From a virus, in IMG/VR virus record IMGVR_UViG_3300045988_121401: a DNA stretch of 55,862 nt. One strand, 5' to 3'. The position numbers and the translations under genes are program-made. Below are positions 23,848 through 32,487 of this stretch, in pieces; the first letter of the stretch is position 1, and each line of letters starts with the position of its first letter. A model generated the notes under the pieces. That model saw only the letters and a program-made list of their open reading frames with translations, was not told the origin of the DNA and searched no databases.

Positions 23848-25941
23848 TCAGACGGCTGGGAGCGGGTCGTCCTCATCGTGCAGGTCGTGCACGCCCCACC
23901 GGGTGCCGGCCGAGGGACCTGCCACTACGGGCACGTCCATCTGGCAGTCGAGCGGGCGCAGGAACGTGTTGACGTCCTCCATCCGGCGCTTGCACTCGAT
24001 AAGGATCTCCTGCCAGCGGTCCTCGGGGACCTCGATGCAGATCTCGTCATGCACGGTGGCCACGACATGCGCCCCTTCGACGCGGGGGAGCGGGTAGCCG
24101 GGCAGCGTGCCCATGATCGACGCAGCGGCCATCTGCATGAGGTCCGAGCCGAAGCCCTGCACGGGACTGTTCAGGGCGTTGCGCTCAGCGTGGGAGGACT
24201 TAAACGAGCTCTTCGAGTACAGGTCGCTGAGCCACTGAGTGCGGCCTATGGGGGACGTCACATAGCCACGCTCGTAGGCCCGGCGCTTGGCTCGCTCGTG
24301 CCACTGGCGCATGCCATCCCACATCTCGAAGAATGCGCTGTGGACGGCCTGAGCCTCGGCCAAAGTGAGAGAAACGTCATAGGCAGTGGCGGCGTAGGAC
24401 TGGAATCCGCCAGGGCTCATGCCGTAGAGGAGGCCGAAGTTGCCGGCCTTCGCCCGCTTGCGCTCCATCGAGGTCACGTCCTCGGGCGCCTTGCCGGCGA
24501 TCCTCGCGGCGAGGAGCCTGTGAAGATCATCACCCCGCTGGAACGCCTCGATCATAGGCCCCGATCGCGAGATGAAAGCCGCCACCCGTAGCTCGACCTG
24601 GCTGTAGTCGAGGTCGAGCAGAACGTGACCGGGTCGGGGGATGAAGGCCGGTTTTAGTGAGCTTGCACACTGCTGGAGGTTCGGGGAGGCACAACTTAAT
24701 CTTCCCGTGCGGACAAATCCCACGTTGTAGGTGGCGTGGATCACGTTGTTGGGGTCCTTGAGCTTCAGCCAGGAGCGCAGGAACTCCAGCGTCTTCGTCG
24801 CGTCACGGTGGCGCAGCAGCGCGTCGGCGGCCGGGCTGCCCTGCCGCTGCTGGGCGATGAGGACCGCCTTGTTCCACTGAGCGTTTCCGGAGTCCGTGCG
24901 CGCCGTCACACGCAGGTCGCCCGCCTCGATGGCTTGAGCCACGAAGCCCTGGAACCACTTCGACGTGGCCGCCGTGGTCACGCCGTCCTTCGCCGGAGCC
25001 GGCGCCGGGGCGGTCCCGTACAGGCCGAGGATGTCCTCGCAGGCCTTCAGGCGCAGGGAGTCCATCTCCTCGATCTTGGCATGGACCCAGTCGACGTCGA
25101 GGAGGAAGCCCCTCTGCTCCACCTTTGTGAGGGTCTTCACAGTAGGCATGGAGACGCAGGTGGCGACCTTGCCCAGGCGGGCCATCTGGATGTCGTCGGA
25201 GTCGAAGGGCTCCTCGTCACCGGTGAGGAACATCTGGTCGCGGTGCTCCTCCTCGATCTTCCAGGTGTAGTAGGTGTCACGCGCCGCGTACTCGCCGAGC
25301 TGGATCAGGTCCACCTGCTCGGCGGCGCCGGGAGTGCTGAGGTCGAAGTCGTCCCACTCTTCGATCCCGAAGTCGCGCGCGGCGCGAATCTTCAGACGGG
25401 TGCGGGCCTCGGTGTCCACCAGCTGGGACGATACGGTCGTATCCCACTCGATACGGTCGGACAGGTCCACGCCGGCCTGGGCGAAAACCCAGCGGGCGTC
25501 GAACTTGATGTTCGCGTTGACGAAGGGCTTCCCGCTGCGGTTGATCTCACGGCCGATGATCGCCATGACCTTTCTCCACGCGCCGAGCAGCGGCGAGGCC
25601 GGGTGTGAGAGGGGTACGAGGTAGGTCATCGGCTGCTCGCCGTCGAAGGTGCGCCAGTTGTAGGCGCCGGCCGCGGCGCGCTCAGCGCTCGGGAGGGTAA
25701 GGGAGGCCAGGACGATCCGGGCGGGGTAGCCGCCGTTGGTGTCTCCGCCGGCCTCCGCGTACTCGTCCAGGCCGGTGGTCTCGAGGTCCATGACGACCCT
25801 CTGCGAGGCGCGGATGGCCTTGAGGAGGACCTTAAGGTCCTCCTTACCCCAGACCCACGTGATCGGGCCGCAGGGCGTGTGCGAGCCCTGGGCGGCCTTC
25901 CTGGCCCGGCCCACAATCTTCTCCAGGTCCATGATGCTCAT
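23848..25941 (-). CDS. Family A DNA polymerase (Pol I-like) with 3'-5' exonuclease domain
   Basis: VMDLETTGLD (Exo I), RKRAKAGNFGLLYGMS (motif B), ATVHDEICIEV (motif C). Confidence 0.9.
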   Translation of the reverse strand: MSIMDLEKIVGRARKAAQGSHTPCGPITWVWGKEDLKVLLKAIRASQRVVMDLETTGLDEYAEAGGDTNGGYPARIVLASLTLPSAERAAAGAYNWRTFDGEQPMTYLVPLSHPASPLLGAWRKVMAIIGREINRSGKPFVNANIKFDARWVFAQAGVDLSDRIEWDTTVSSQLVDTEARTRLKIRAARDFGIEEWDDFDLSTPGAAEQVDLIQLGEYAARDTYYTWKIEEEHRDQMFLTGDEEPFDSDDIQMARLGKVATCVSMPTVKTLTKVEQRGFLLDVDWVHAKIEEMDSLRLKACEDILGLYGTAPAPAPAKDGVTTAATSKWFQGFVAQAIEAGDLRVTARTDSGNAQWNKAVLIAQQRQGSPAADALLRHRDATKTLEFLRSWLKLKDPNNVIHATYNVGFVRTGRLSCASPNLQQCASSLKPAFIPRPGHVLLDLDYSQVELRVAAFISRSGPMIEAFQRGDDLHRLLAARIAGKAPEDVTSMERKRAKAGNFGLLYGMSPGGFQSYAATAYDVSLTLAEAQAVHSAFFEMWDGMRQWHERAKRRAYERGYVTSPIGRTQWLSDLYSKSSFKSSHAERNALNSPVQGFGSDLMQMAAASIMGTLPGYPLPRVEGAHVVATVHDEICIEVPEDRWQEILIECKRRMEDVNTFLRPLDCQMDVPVVAGPSAGTRWGVHDLHDEDDPLPAV

Positions 25942-26004
25942 GACTGCTCCTATCTGGGACGGCGGATGCCGTCGCCGGGTGATGGGTACAGCCTACATTT
26001 TGTG

Positions 26005-26041
26005 AGGTGACGGGTGAAGGGCTCACAAAATCTATGAGAGT
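26005..26041. promoter_or_regulatory. Inverted repeat ATTTTGTGAG-N17-CTCACAAAAT upstream of the DNA polymerase gene
   Basis: 10-bp arms read directly. Confidence 0.45.
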
Positions 26042-26053
26042 GATCTAGGCAAC

Positions 26054-26087
26054 AGAAAACCCCCGGGTAGTCAATCCGAGGGTTTCT
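26054..26087 (-). terminator. Imperfect hairpin ending in GGGGGTTTTCTGTT on the minus strand
   Basis: Downstream of 26139..26459. Confidence 0.5.
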
Positions 26088-26138
26088 GGCGGCGTCCTTG
26101 CCTTCGCAGGCCGACTCTCCAAAGGCGGTGGGCGAGAG

Positions 26139-26459
26139 TCAGATCTCGTGCAGGAGAGAGACTAGCACGTCCTGGAGGTTGCCGACCTTGTATGAGTACT
26201 CGACACGGCTGCTGCGGGAGTAGATCTCCATAGTCCACAGAGGCCAGCGGCCTCGCTTCTCGTCGGACTCGGTGAGGGTCAGCACGAGGTCATGGCCGTT
26301 CTCCGCCAGGACGGCTGGGGCGTCGTCTTTTGTCACAGTGCTCACGTAGCGCAGGTAGGGGCGGAGGGCGTTGACCCATGACTGTGCGGTCACGCGCCGC
26401 TCGGTCAGCGGGTTGAAGTTGCCGGGGAAGGCGAGGTGATTGGTAGAGAGGGATGTCAT
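26139..26459 (-). CDS. Hypothetical protein (106 aa)
   Basis: CTATAGGAGAATCCA lies before the ATG. Confidence 0.6.
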   Translation of the reverse strand: MTSLSTNHLAFPGNFNPLTERRVTAQSWVNALRPYLRYVSTVTKDDAPAVLAENGHDLVLTLTESDEKRGRWPLWTMEIYSRSSRVEYSYKVGNLQDVLVSLLHEI

Positions 26460-26508
26460 TGGATTCTCCTATAGTTTGGGATGGAGTGACGGTCGATGTG
26501 TGTTCTAT

Positions 26509-26979
26509 CTAGGCCTGCTCCTGGATCACGGTAGCCGAGTCCTTCAAGCCGTCGACCGCAGCCTCAGCTCCAGGTTGACCCTTCTGGGGGAGGAAGACTC
26601 TAGTCCTCCCGGTAGCAGTAACGGTTACCGAGTCCGATCTGGCGTAGACGGTTGCGTCATCCTGGGCGCTCACCACGGCGTTGCCGTACGCGTACACCGT
26701 GGAGGAGGCCCGGGCTTCCACGTAACTGTTCTCGGAGGCATGCACGACGACCGATCCCTCGGCCCTGAGGGTTGCCTCACCGGATAGCCACACGGGCGCA
26801 GGACCCTCCGCAATTACGTTCAGGTTGTAGAGACGGTTGTCGACGGGTATGGGATGCCCTACCTCCCCACGGATTACGAACAGAGAGTTGTAGAAAGTTA
26901 ACTCGACACCCTCCGCGAGGGCCTGGCTCCGGGCGACTGTTACGGCGCCGCCTGAATTGATGATGTGTTCGTACTTCAT
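26509..26979 (-). CDS. Repeat-containing (beta-solenoid-like) protein, paralog 1
   Basis: Shares YNSxF..RG..G.PI.VD...GPAPVW..GE...TVYAY...V.LP..G..G.EA with 26992..27492. Confidence 0.65.
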   Translation of the reverse strand: MKYEHIINSGGAVTVARSQALAEGVELTFYNSLFVIRGEVGHPIPVDNRLYNLNVIAEGPAPVWLSGEATLRAEGSVVVHASENSYVEARASSTVYAYGNAVVSAQDDATVYARSDSVTVTATGRTRVFLPQKGQPGAEAAVDGLKDSATVIQEQA

Positions 26980-26991
26980 TGGATATTCCTA

Positions 26992-27492
26992 TCAGTTGGC
27001 GGAGGCGTCGGATGGCGCGACGCCGCGGATGATCTGGGCGGCATTTTCAAGGCGTACCTGGGCCTCGGAACCGGCCGTGCCCGGAGCGGGGAGATAGACC
27101 TTCGAGTTTCCCCAGGCTTCGACGTCCGCGTCGTCTGAGGCTACGTATACGGCCGCATTCATTTGGACGACCACCTCGGAGCGATCGTAGGCGTAGACGG
27201 TGGCCGAGTCGTAAGCATCCACAACGCCGCCCTCCGTGGCGTATACAACCGCAGACTCCTCGGCGATAACGGTCGTCTCACCCTCTCCAGCGACCCAGAC
27301 CGGGGCGGGGCCGTAGGTCACAACGTGGAGGTGCGCCAGGGAGTCATCTACCGAGATGGGCTCGCCGGCGGTGCCTCGGAGGTAGAAGGCCGAGTTGTAG
27401 TGATTGAGCCAGTACCCCTCGTGCTCGGCCTCCGTTAGAGCTCTAGTGATGTCTTCCGTTGAGTTGATTGTGTACTCGTACTGATTCTTCAT
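26992..27492 (-). CDS. Repeat-containing (beta-solenoid-like) protein, paralog 2
   Basis: Tandem paralog of 26509..26979. Short xVxAxxxSxV-type repeats. Confidence 0.65.
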   Translation of the reverse strand: MKNQYEYTINSTEDITRALTEAEHEGYWLNHYNSAFYLRGTAGEPISVDDSLAHLHVVTYGPAPVWVAGEGETTVIAEESAVVYATEGGVVDAYDSATVYAYDRSEVVVQMNAAVYVASDDADVEAWGNSKVYLPAPGTAGSEAQVRLENAAQIIRGVAPSDASAN

Positions 27493-27692
27493 GGCGGGAC
27501 CTATCTACTGGGTTGGCCGTATCTCGGCCTACATCGACTGTAGGTCAGTAGTGAGGCGAAGGCAACCTCTGCCCAGGTCCATGTATGTGATTTACGCAAC
27601 CCAGTCTCAATATGTTCGGGGATTGTGGAAAAGGTTGGGGATGGGGGATAAACTGTCCTCAGCATTCCCAGCAACCTCACGATAGGAGACCT

Positions 27693-28859
27693 ATGAGCCC
27701 GCTGGATGAGGCGATCATCGCCAACGACGCGCTGCCTGAGAGGGAGCGAAAGACGAACATCGACCTGGCCGAGGAGTTCAACACCTCCGAGGCGACCGTG
27801 CGTCGGCACCGGCGCGCCCTGAAGCGCAAGAGCCGGGATGAGCTCAGCCGAGACGAGTTCTTCGACCTTCCCGTAGGCGCCATCACGAAGCGCGGCAAGA
27901 CGGTCCGCCTCGCCGACGGCAGTTACGAGAAGATCGAGTACCGCCCCGGCTCCATCGAGATGGAGGAGGCCAAGCGCCTCTCCTACGAGGACCTGGAGCA
28001 GGTCTTCCGGGAGCCCCTCCTGCCGAAGCCTGCACCGATCCTCAAGGATTACGAAGACACCCTTGTGGTCTGCCTCGCGGACTTCCAGATGGGAGCGACA
28101 GGCAGCGGCGGGGGCACCGAGGATACGGTGCGTCTCGTCCGTAGAGCTATCCACGACATCGCAGACGACACCCGCTTCAGAGGCTCCTACAAGCGCATCA
28201 TCCTCGCCGACGTCGGAGACAGCACTGAGGGTTTCTGGAACGTGGCCGCCCAGGCCCAGACCAACGACCTGAGCCTCACCGACCAGATCCGCACCGTGCA
28301 GCGTCTCTATGCCGAGGCCCTCCGCACGTTCGCGCCGCTGTGCAGCTCCATGTACTACGTTGCGGTCCCGTCCAACCACTGCGCGGTGCGGACCGGCATG
28401 GGGAAGAGCAGCCGCGCCAACGCACCGGACGACGACTTCGGCATCATGATCTCCCACAACATCGAGGACATCCTGGAGGACCGCTCCGGCTTTGAGCACG
28501 TGTCGTTCCACCGGCCCGAGAAGTGGGAGGAGGCCGTCACCGTGGACGCCGCGGACGGCACCCGCATAGGCTTCACGCACGGCCATCTGGCGGGCTCGCA
28601 GAGCAAGGTGCCTACCTGGTTCAGGGACCTAGCGTTCGGCCGCCGTAGCGGCCTCTACGACGCCCGGATCTTAGTGCACGGGCACTGGCACAACTTCGGC
28701 GTTCGCCAGGTCGGGGACGCACGCTGGATCATCTCCTGCCCCTCCGCCGACCGCGGCTCAGACTGGTGGACGAACATCTCCGGGGACTCCACCAAGCCCG
28801 CCATCCTCACCTTCGAGGCCCGGGACGGGAACGCATCGTCCTGGGAGCTCTACTCCTGA
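27693..28859 (+). CDS. Metallophosphoesterase (calcineurin-like) with N-terminal HTH
   Basis: Trimmed to ATG 27693 (GATAGGAGACCT before the ATG). Motifs ADVGDSTEG, VPSNHC, GFTHGH, LVHGHWHN. N-terminal NIDLAEEFNTSEATVRRH. Confidence 0.8.
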   Translation: MSPLDEAIIANDALPERERKTNIDLAEEFNTSEATVRRHRRALKRKSRDELSRDEFFDLPVGAITKRGKTVRLADGSYEKIEYRPGSIEMEEAKRLSYEDLEQVFREPLLPKPAPILKDYEDTLVVCLADFQMGATGSGGGTEDTVRLVRRAIHDIADDTRFRGSYKRIILADVGDSTEGFWNVAAQAQTNDLSLTDQIRTVQRLYAEALRTFAPLCSSMYYVAVPSNHCAVRTGMGKSSRANAPDDDFGIMISHNIEDILEDRSGFEHVSFHRPEKWEEAVTVDAADGTRIGFTHGHLAGSQSKVPTWFRDLAFGRRSGLYDARILVHGHWHNFGVRQVGDARWIISCPSADRGSDWWTNISGDSTKPAILTFEARDGNASSWELYS

Positions 28860-28865
28860 AACGCT

Positions 28866-28907
28866 AAGGCTCCCGCTTGTAACCGGACTGGTACAAGCGG
28901 GAGCCTT
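28866..28907. terminator. Bidirectional hairpin AAGGCTCCCGCTTGTA-N10-TACAAGCGGGAGCCTT between convergent genes
   Basis: 16-bp perfect stem. Confidence 0.7.
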
Positions 28908-28916
28908 GTCGTGCCG

Positions 28917-31016
28917 TCAGCCCTTGATAGCGGCCAGAGCCTCAGCCGTAGGCACGGCCCAGCCGACGATGGTCACGCCGGCCGCCTGGGCGGCGCTCTT
29001 GGCGGTCTCCTGCTCGTCCTTGGACTCGACGAGCACCCACACGCCGTCAGGGAAGGTCGTCTTGGCGGCTCTCCACACCGGTGCGCCGGCCTTGGAGGCC
29101 GACAGGATGCCCTTCTGGGCGTCCTTGACCGTGTCCGTGAGCATCCAGTCCGCTGTGGCGTCCGTAGCGTCCACGACGCGGGTAAACGTCGGGTACTCGG
29201 TATTCATGATGCCGCGCAGCTTGGACTGCCCGCGGCCGTGGATCGACTGGTACGTCTTCCCGACCCGCTTGCCGAGGAGGGTGTGGATCTTCCCGTCCGA
29301 GGACTTGTACCACGCGGCCGCCGCGTCGGAGAGTCCGTTGCGGACGTTCGGCAGGACCTCGATGCCGGCGGCCTCGAGCGCGTCGATCGCCTCAACCATG
29401 CCCGACACGTCGATACCGAGATTGCGTAGCCCCTGAAGCGAACTGTCCGAGAACTTCCGACTCGTGCCGATGTTGTCGTTAGCGGCCGGTGGGATAGCGA
29501 CAGCGGCGTCGGCCGTGTCGACGGTGTTCTGGATCGGGAGGGCCACCTGGGAGGGCTTCAGGGCGGCGACAGCGCTGAGGTCCGCGGCCGAGTAGCCGAC
29601 CCGGTCAGCGGTACCCCACCCGCCGGAGAGCCACGCCATTACCGGCAGGCCATCGCCCTGAGCCGGCGGCGGGGTAGGCGGAGCTGCGGGCGCGGCCGGG
29701 ACGACTGGCCCATGAGCCTTGGCCCACGAGGCCAGGGAGGCCACAGCGTCGGCGATCCGCTTCGCAGCGGCGGCCCCGAAGGCGGCCGCGCCCATCTTGG
29801 TCGGGTGCGTATCGTCGCTCAGAAGGAGGGTGTCGCGGGTGCCGTCGCCCTTGGCCGCGCCGGAGTTGCCAGTACCGGACAGGACGTCGGACACCTGGAC
29901 GACGGGGGCGTCTGACGAGAGCGGAGTCTGACCGGATACGGGCACCCAGGCCCGGGTCACCCGGTAGGCGACTCCGTTGTAGATCACCACGTCGCCTGTA
30001 GCGCACACACGGCCGTCACGCCACGGCACCGCCTGGCTGTCGACCACGCCGAGCCAGTCCACGAAGGCGATGCCCGCCGTGAGCCCGCCGCTGGCAATCA
30101 CGCCGGCCTTCGTCGCCTCGACGTTGACGTGGGCGGAGCGGGACTGGAGGCGGGCCACCGAGGACGGCTGCGGGCCGAGCACGACGATCGGCACGTTGGG
30201 GAGCTTGGCGCGGACCTTGGAGATGAACGACTTCACGGCCTCCGTGATCGCCGAGCCGGTAGCGTCGCCGTTGTCGATCACCTTGTCGGCGTTCAGGGAG
30301 CCGATGGTGACGATGAGGTTCGGAGCGGCTGCGCAGACGGCGTTGACGCGGGAGTCCACCTCGAAGCCGTCACGGCCCGAGGCCGAGTAGCCGAAGCCGG
30401 AGCCGTCTACCGCGCTGAACGCCGGAACGCAGCCCAGCGCGCGCGACACGACGGACGGCAGGTTGAAGCCCTGCCCCATAGTGCTCTCGGTGCTCCAGGA
30501 GTCACCAAAGAACCCGACGGTCGGGACTCCCTGCCCGGCACGGAGCGGGAGCGCTGCGAGCGGGGCGTCGGCAGGAGCCGGGGACGGGGCGGGAGATCCG
30601 CCGCCCTGCTGGTTCTTGACCTGCTCCAGCTCAGTTTTCGTGGCGTAGGTGCTGGTAGCGTCGGTCTTCCGCAGGTAGTCTCCCAGCTCGGCCTTGGTTG
30701 CGGAGGCGTCAATGCGCTGGCCGAGGGCCGTGTCGGCGGCCCGCACCTCAGCCTTCGTCGCGAGTCCGGAGAGGTCAGGAGCCTGGCCGCCGCCGCCCAG
30801 CTGAGCCTGGGCGAGCTCGGCCTTCGTGGCGTAGGTGGTGGCGGCGGTGGCCGCTGGCAGGGCCGCCTCAGCCGTAGCCTTAACGGCGTCGATCCGCTCG
30901 CCCAGGGAGACGTCGCCCTGAGTGCTCTCCTCCTTCGAGGCCAGGCCGGAGGCCTCGCTCTTCGTCAGGAAGCGCTGGTCCGCGCCCTCGCGGCTGTACC
31001 ATGTGAGATCGGCCAT
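28917..31016 (-). CDS. Multidomain fibre-like SGNH/GDSL esterase
   Basis: N-terminal YATKAEL/ATKAEV repeats. FFGDSWS ... DDTHP (SGNH). GDVVIYNGVAYRV (small carbohydrate-binding-like motif). Long unassigned C-terminal domain. Confidence 0.7.
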   Translation of the reverse strand: MADLTWYSREGADQRFLTKSEASGLASKEESTQGDVSLGERIDAVKATAEAALPAATAATTYATKAELAQAQLGGGGQAPDLSGLATKAEVRAADTALGQRIDASATKAELGDYLRKTDATSTYATKTELEQVKNQQGGGSPAPSPAPADAPLAALPLRAGQGVPTVGFFGDSWSTESTMGQGFNLPSVVSRALGCVPAFSAVDGSGFGYSASGRDGFEVDSRVNAVCAAAPNLIVTIGSLNADKVIDNGDATGSAITEAVKSFISKVRAKLPNVPIVVLGPQPSSVARLQSRSAHVNVEATKAGVIASGGLTAGIAFVDWLGVVDSQAVPWRDGRVCATGDVVIYNGVAYRVTRAWVPVSGQTPLSSDAPVVQVSDVLSGTGNSGAAKGDGTRDTLLLSDDTHPTKMGAAAFGAAAAKRIADAVASLASWAKAHGPVVPAAPAAPPTPPPAQGDGLPVMAWLSGGWGTADRVGYSAADLSAVAALKPSQVALPIQNTVDTADAAVAIPPAANDNIGTSRKFSDSSLQGLRNLGIDVSGMVEAIDALEAAGIEVLPNVRNGLSDAAAAWYKSSDGKIHTLLGKRVGKTYQSIHGRGQSKLRGIMNTEYPTFTRVVDATDATADWMLTDTVKDAQKGILSASKAGAPVWRAAKTTFPDGVWVLVESKDEQETAKSAAQAAGVTIVGWAVPTAEALAAIKG

Positions 31017-31022
31017 AGCCGT

Positions 31023-31631
31023 CTACCTCCAGGTGAGTGCTCCATTGCCAAGGTCTATGACCGAGGCCTTATCCATAGCCTCAAGGATACCCGGAGTGTC
31101 CGCATCCTGGACACCTCGACCGTCTGGACGGACCAGCCCGTCGTCAATCTTTCGCCAGGTGAGGACCCCGTCCCCGAGGTCAACGACCTCGACCGGGTTG
31201 ACGGCCTCCAGGGCGTCCAGGCCGCCGGAGTGGCGGACCTCGTGACCGCCCGGAGTCAGGATTCCGTCTGTCGGCGGCTGGGGAGTGGGTGGCGTGGGTG
31301 GCCGGGGAGGGGTATAGGTCCCCGACAGCAGATCCGCGAGCGTGAAGGTCTGGCCCGAGGAGAGCGTTACTCGCCGGCGCAGGTGGACGCCAGAGTCTCC
31401 GGGGATATTGAGATCTATCTCATAGTCTCCGGGGGAAATAGTGACCGTCCGGCCGGCCGGGCCTACTAGATATCCGTCAGTGTCGAGGCGGAACGAGGCT
31501 CGACCCGCGACGACGTCCCGGTCCGGGAGAGGGGCGCTGAGACTGGTGGGGGTGAGGATGAGGCGGCCCAGGCGCCCCAGACCGTCAGGGCCTACGACTC
31601 GGCCGGTGATTGTTGCGGTGGGGGAGGTCAT
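31023..31631 (-). CDS. Hypothetical structural/fibre-associated protein (202 aa)
   Basis: ITGRVVGPDG... Ig/carboxypeptidase-regulatory-like N-terminus, Pro-rich linker. Confidence 0.55.
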   Translation of the reverse strand: MTSPTATITGRVVGPDGLGRLGRLILTPTSLSAPLPDRDVVAGRASFRLDTDGYLVGPAGRTVTISPGDYEIDLNIPGDSGVHLRRRVTLSSGQTFTLADLLSGTYTPPRPPTPPTPQPPTDGILTPGGHEVRHSGGLDALEAVNPVEVVDLGDGVLTWRKIDDGLVRPDGRGVQDADTPGILEAMDKASVIDLGNGALTWR

Positions 31632-32113
31632 CTGGGCTCCTGACGTAACGGTTTCGTCTCAGACTTTACCCTATCAATACGATCATGTAATGATTGGACC
31701 TCCGTGTATAGGTGGGACCTATCAGTACGGGCGTCATTGCGGACGCCCTCGATCTGCGTCTCCAGGCGGGCCATGCGGGCGTCGTGCTGCCGGTCCGACT
31801 CGCGGAGGTCGTCGACCAACGCGGTCAGGCGGGCCAGCCCGTCGAGAACCTGTCCGAATTTGGAGTCGAGGTCGTCTCGCAGGTTCTCGCTGTGGTTGTT
31901 GTGGACGCCCTCCGAGGCCGACTCGGCTGCGTTTGCCGCTCTCACGACGTGGGCGTCCATTCGGGTCATCCTCTCCTCCAGGCGCTGCTGCTGCTTGTTG
32001 ATCGTGACCCTGAGCCAGGCGAGGAGTGCGGCCAGCAGGGCCGTCCCCGCCGTGATGACCTCCGGCGAGGCGAGCACTGCGAGGATCGGCGAGGACTGCC
32101 CTGCTGAATCCAC
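31628..32113 (-). CDS. Membrane-anchored coiled-coil protein (lysis-cassette associated)
   Basis: N-terminal TM ILAVLASPEVITAGTALLAALLAWL, then a heptad-like helical region. Confidence 0.6.
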   Translation of the reverse strand: MDSAGQSSPILAVLASPEVITAGTALLAALLAWLRVTINKQQQRLEERMTRMDAHVVRAANAAESASEGVHNNHSENLRDDLDSKFGQVLDGLARLTALVDDLRESDRQHDARMARLETQIEGVRNDARTDRSHLYTEVQSLHDRIDRVKSETKPLRQEPR

Positions 32114-32122
32114 GGGACTACC

Positions 32123-32398
32123 TCAGTCGGCCAGGCCGGAGGCGTGGCGGGGGTTGTAGGCCTCCACCTCGGCCGAGGCCACGGCGCGGTCGGTCTCCTC
32201 GGGCAGGGAGAACGACTTCAGGACCGAGGCCAGGGCGGCCGCTCCGGCGATGCCCAGAGCGCCCTTCCAGTCCAGGCCGAAGAGCGAGGTGCCGACACCG
32301 AAGGCGCCCACGAGGGACTGCGCAAAGGTGGAGATGGCGCGCTCGGCCAGGCCCTCCCAGAACGTCGCGGTTGCGTACTTCACATGTTCTCCTTCCAT
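32123..32398 (-). CDS. Holin (putative)
   Basis: Small, with two hydrophobic segments, adjacent to the endolysin. An alternative GTG start at 32383 has a better SD (AGGAG, 5-nt spacer). Confidence 0.55.
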   Translation of the reverse strand: MEGEHVKYATATFWEGLAERAISTFAQSLVGAFGVGTSLFGLDWKGALGIAGAAALASVLKSFSLPEETDRAVASAEVEAYNPRHASGLAD

Positions 32399-32401
32399 AG
32401 G

Positions 32402-32434
32402 TAAGGGCGGGGACCTCGTGAGTCCCCGCCCTTA
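32402..32434 (-). terminator. Hairpin TAAGGGCGGGGAC-N7-GTCCCCGCCCTTA between the endolysin and holin genes
   Basis: 13-bp stem. Confidence 0.5.
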
Positions 32435-32487
32435 GTGTATCCCTATGAGTCTGTGAGCTTTCTATAGGTCACGACGATGTCACGACC

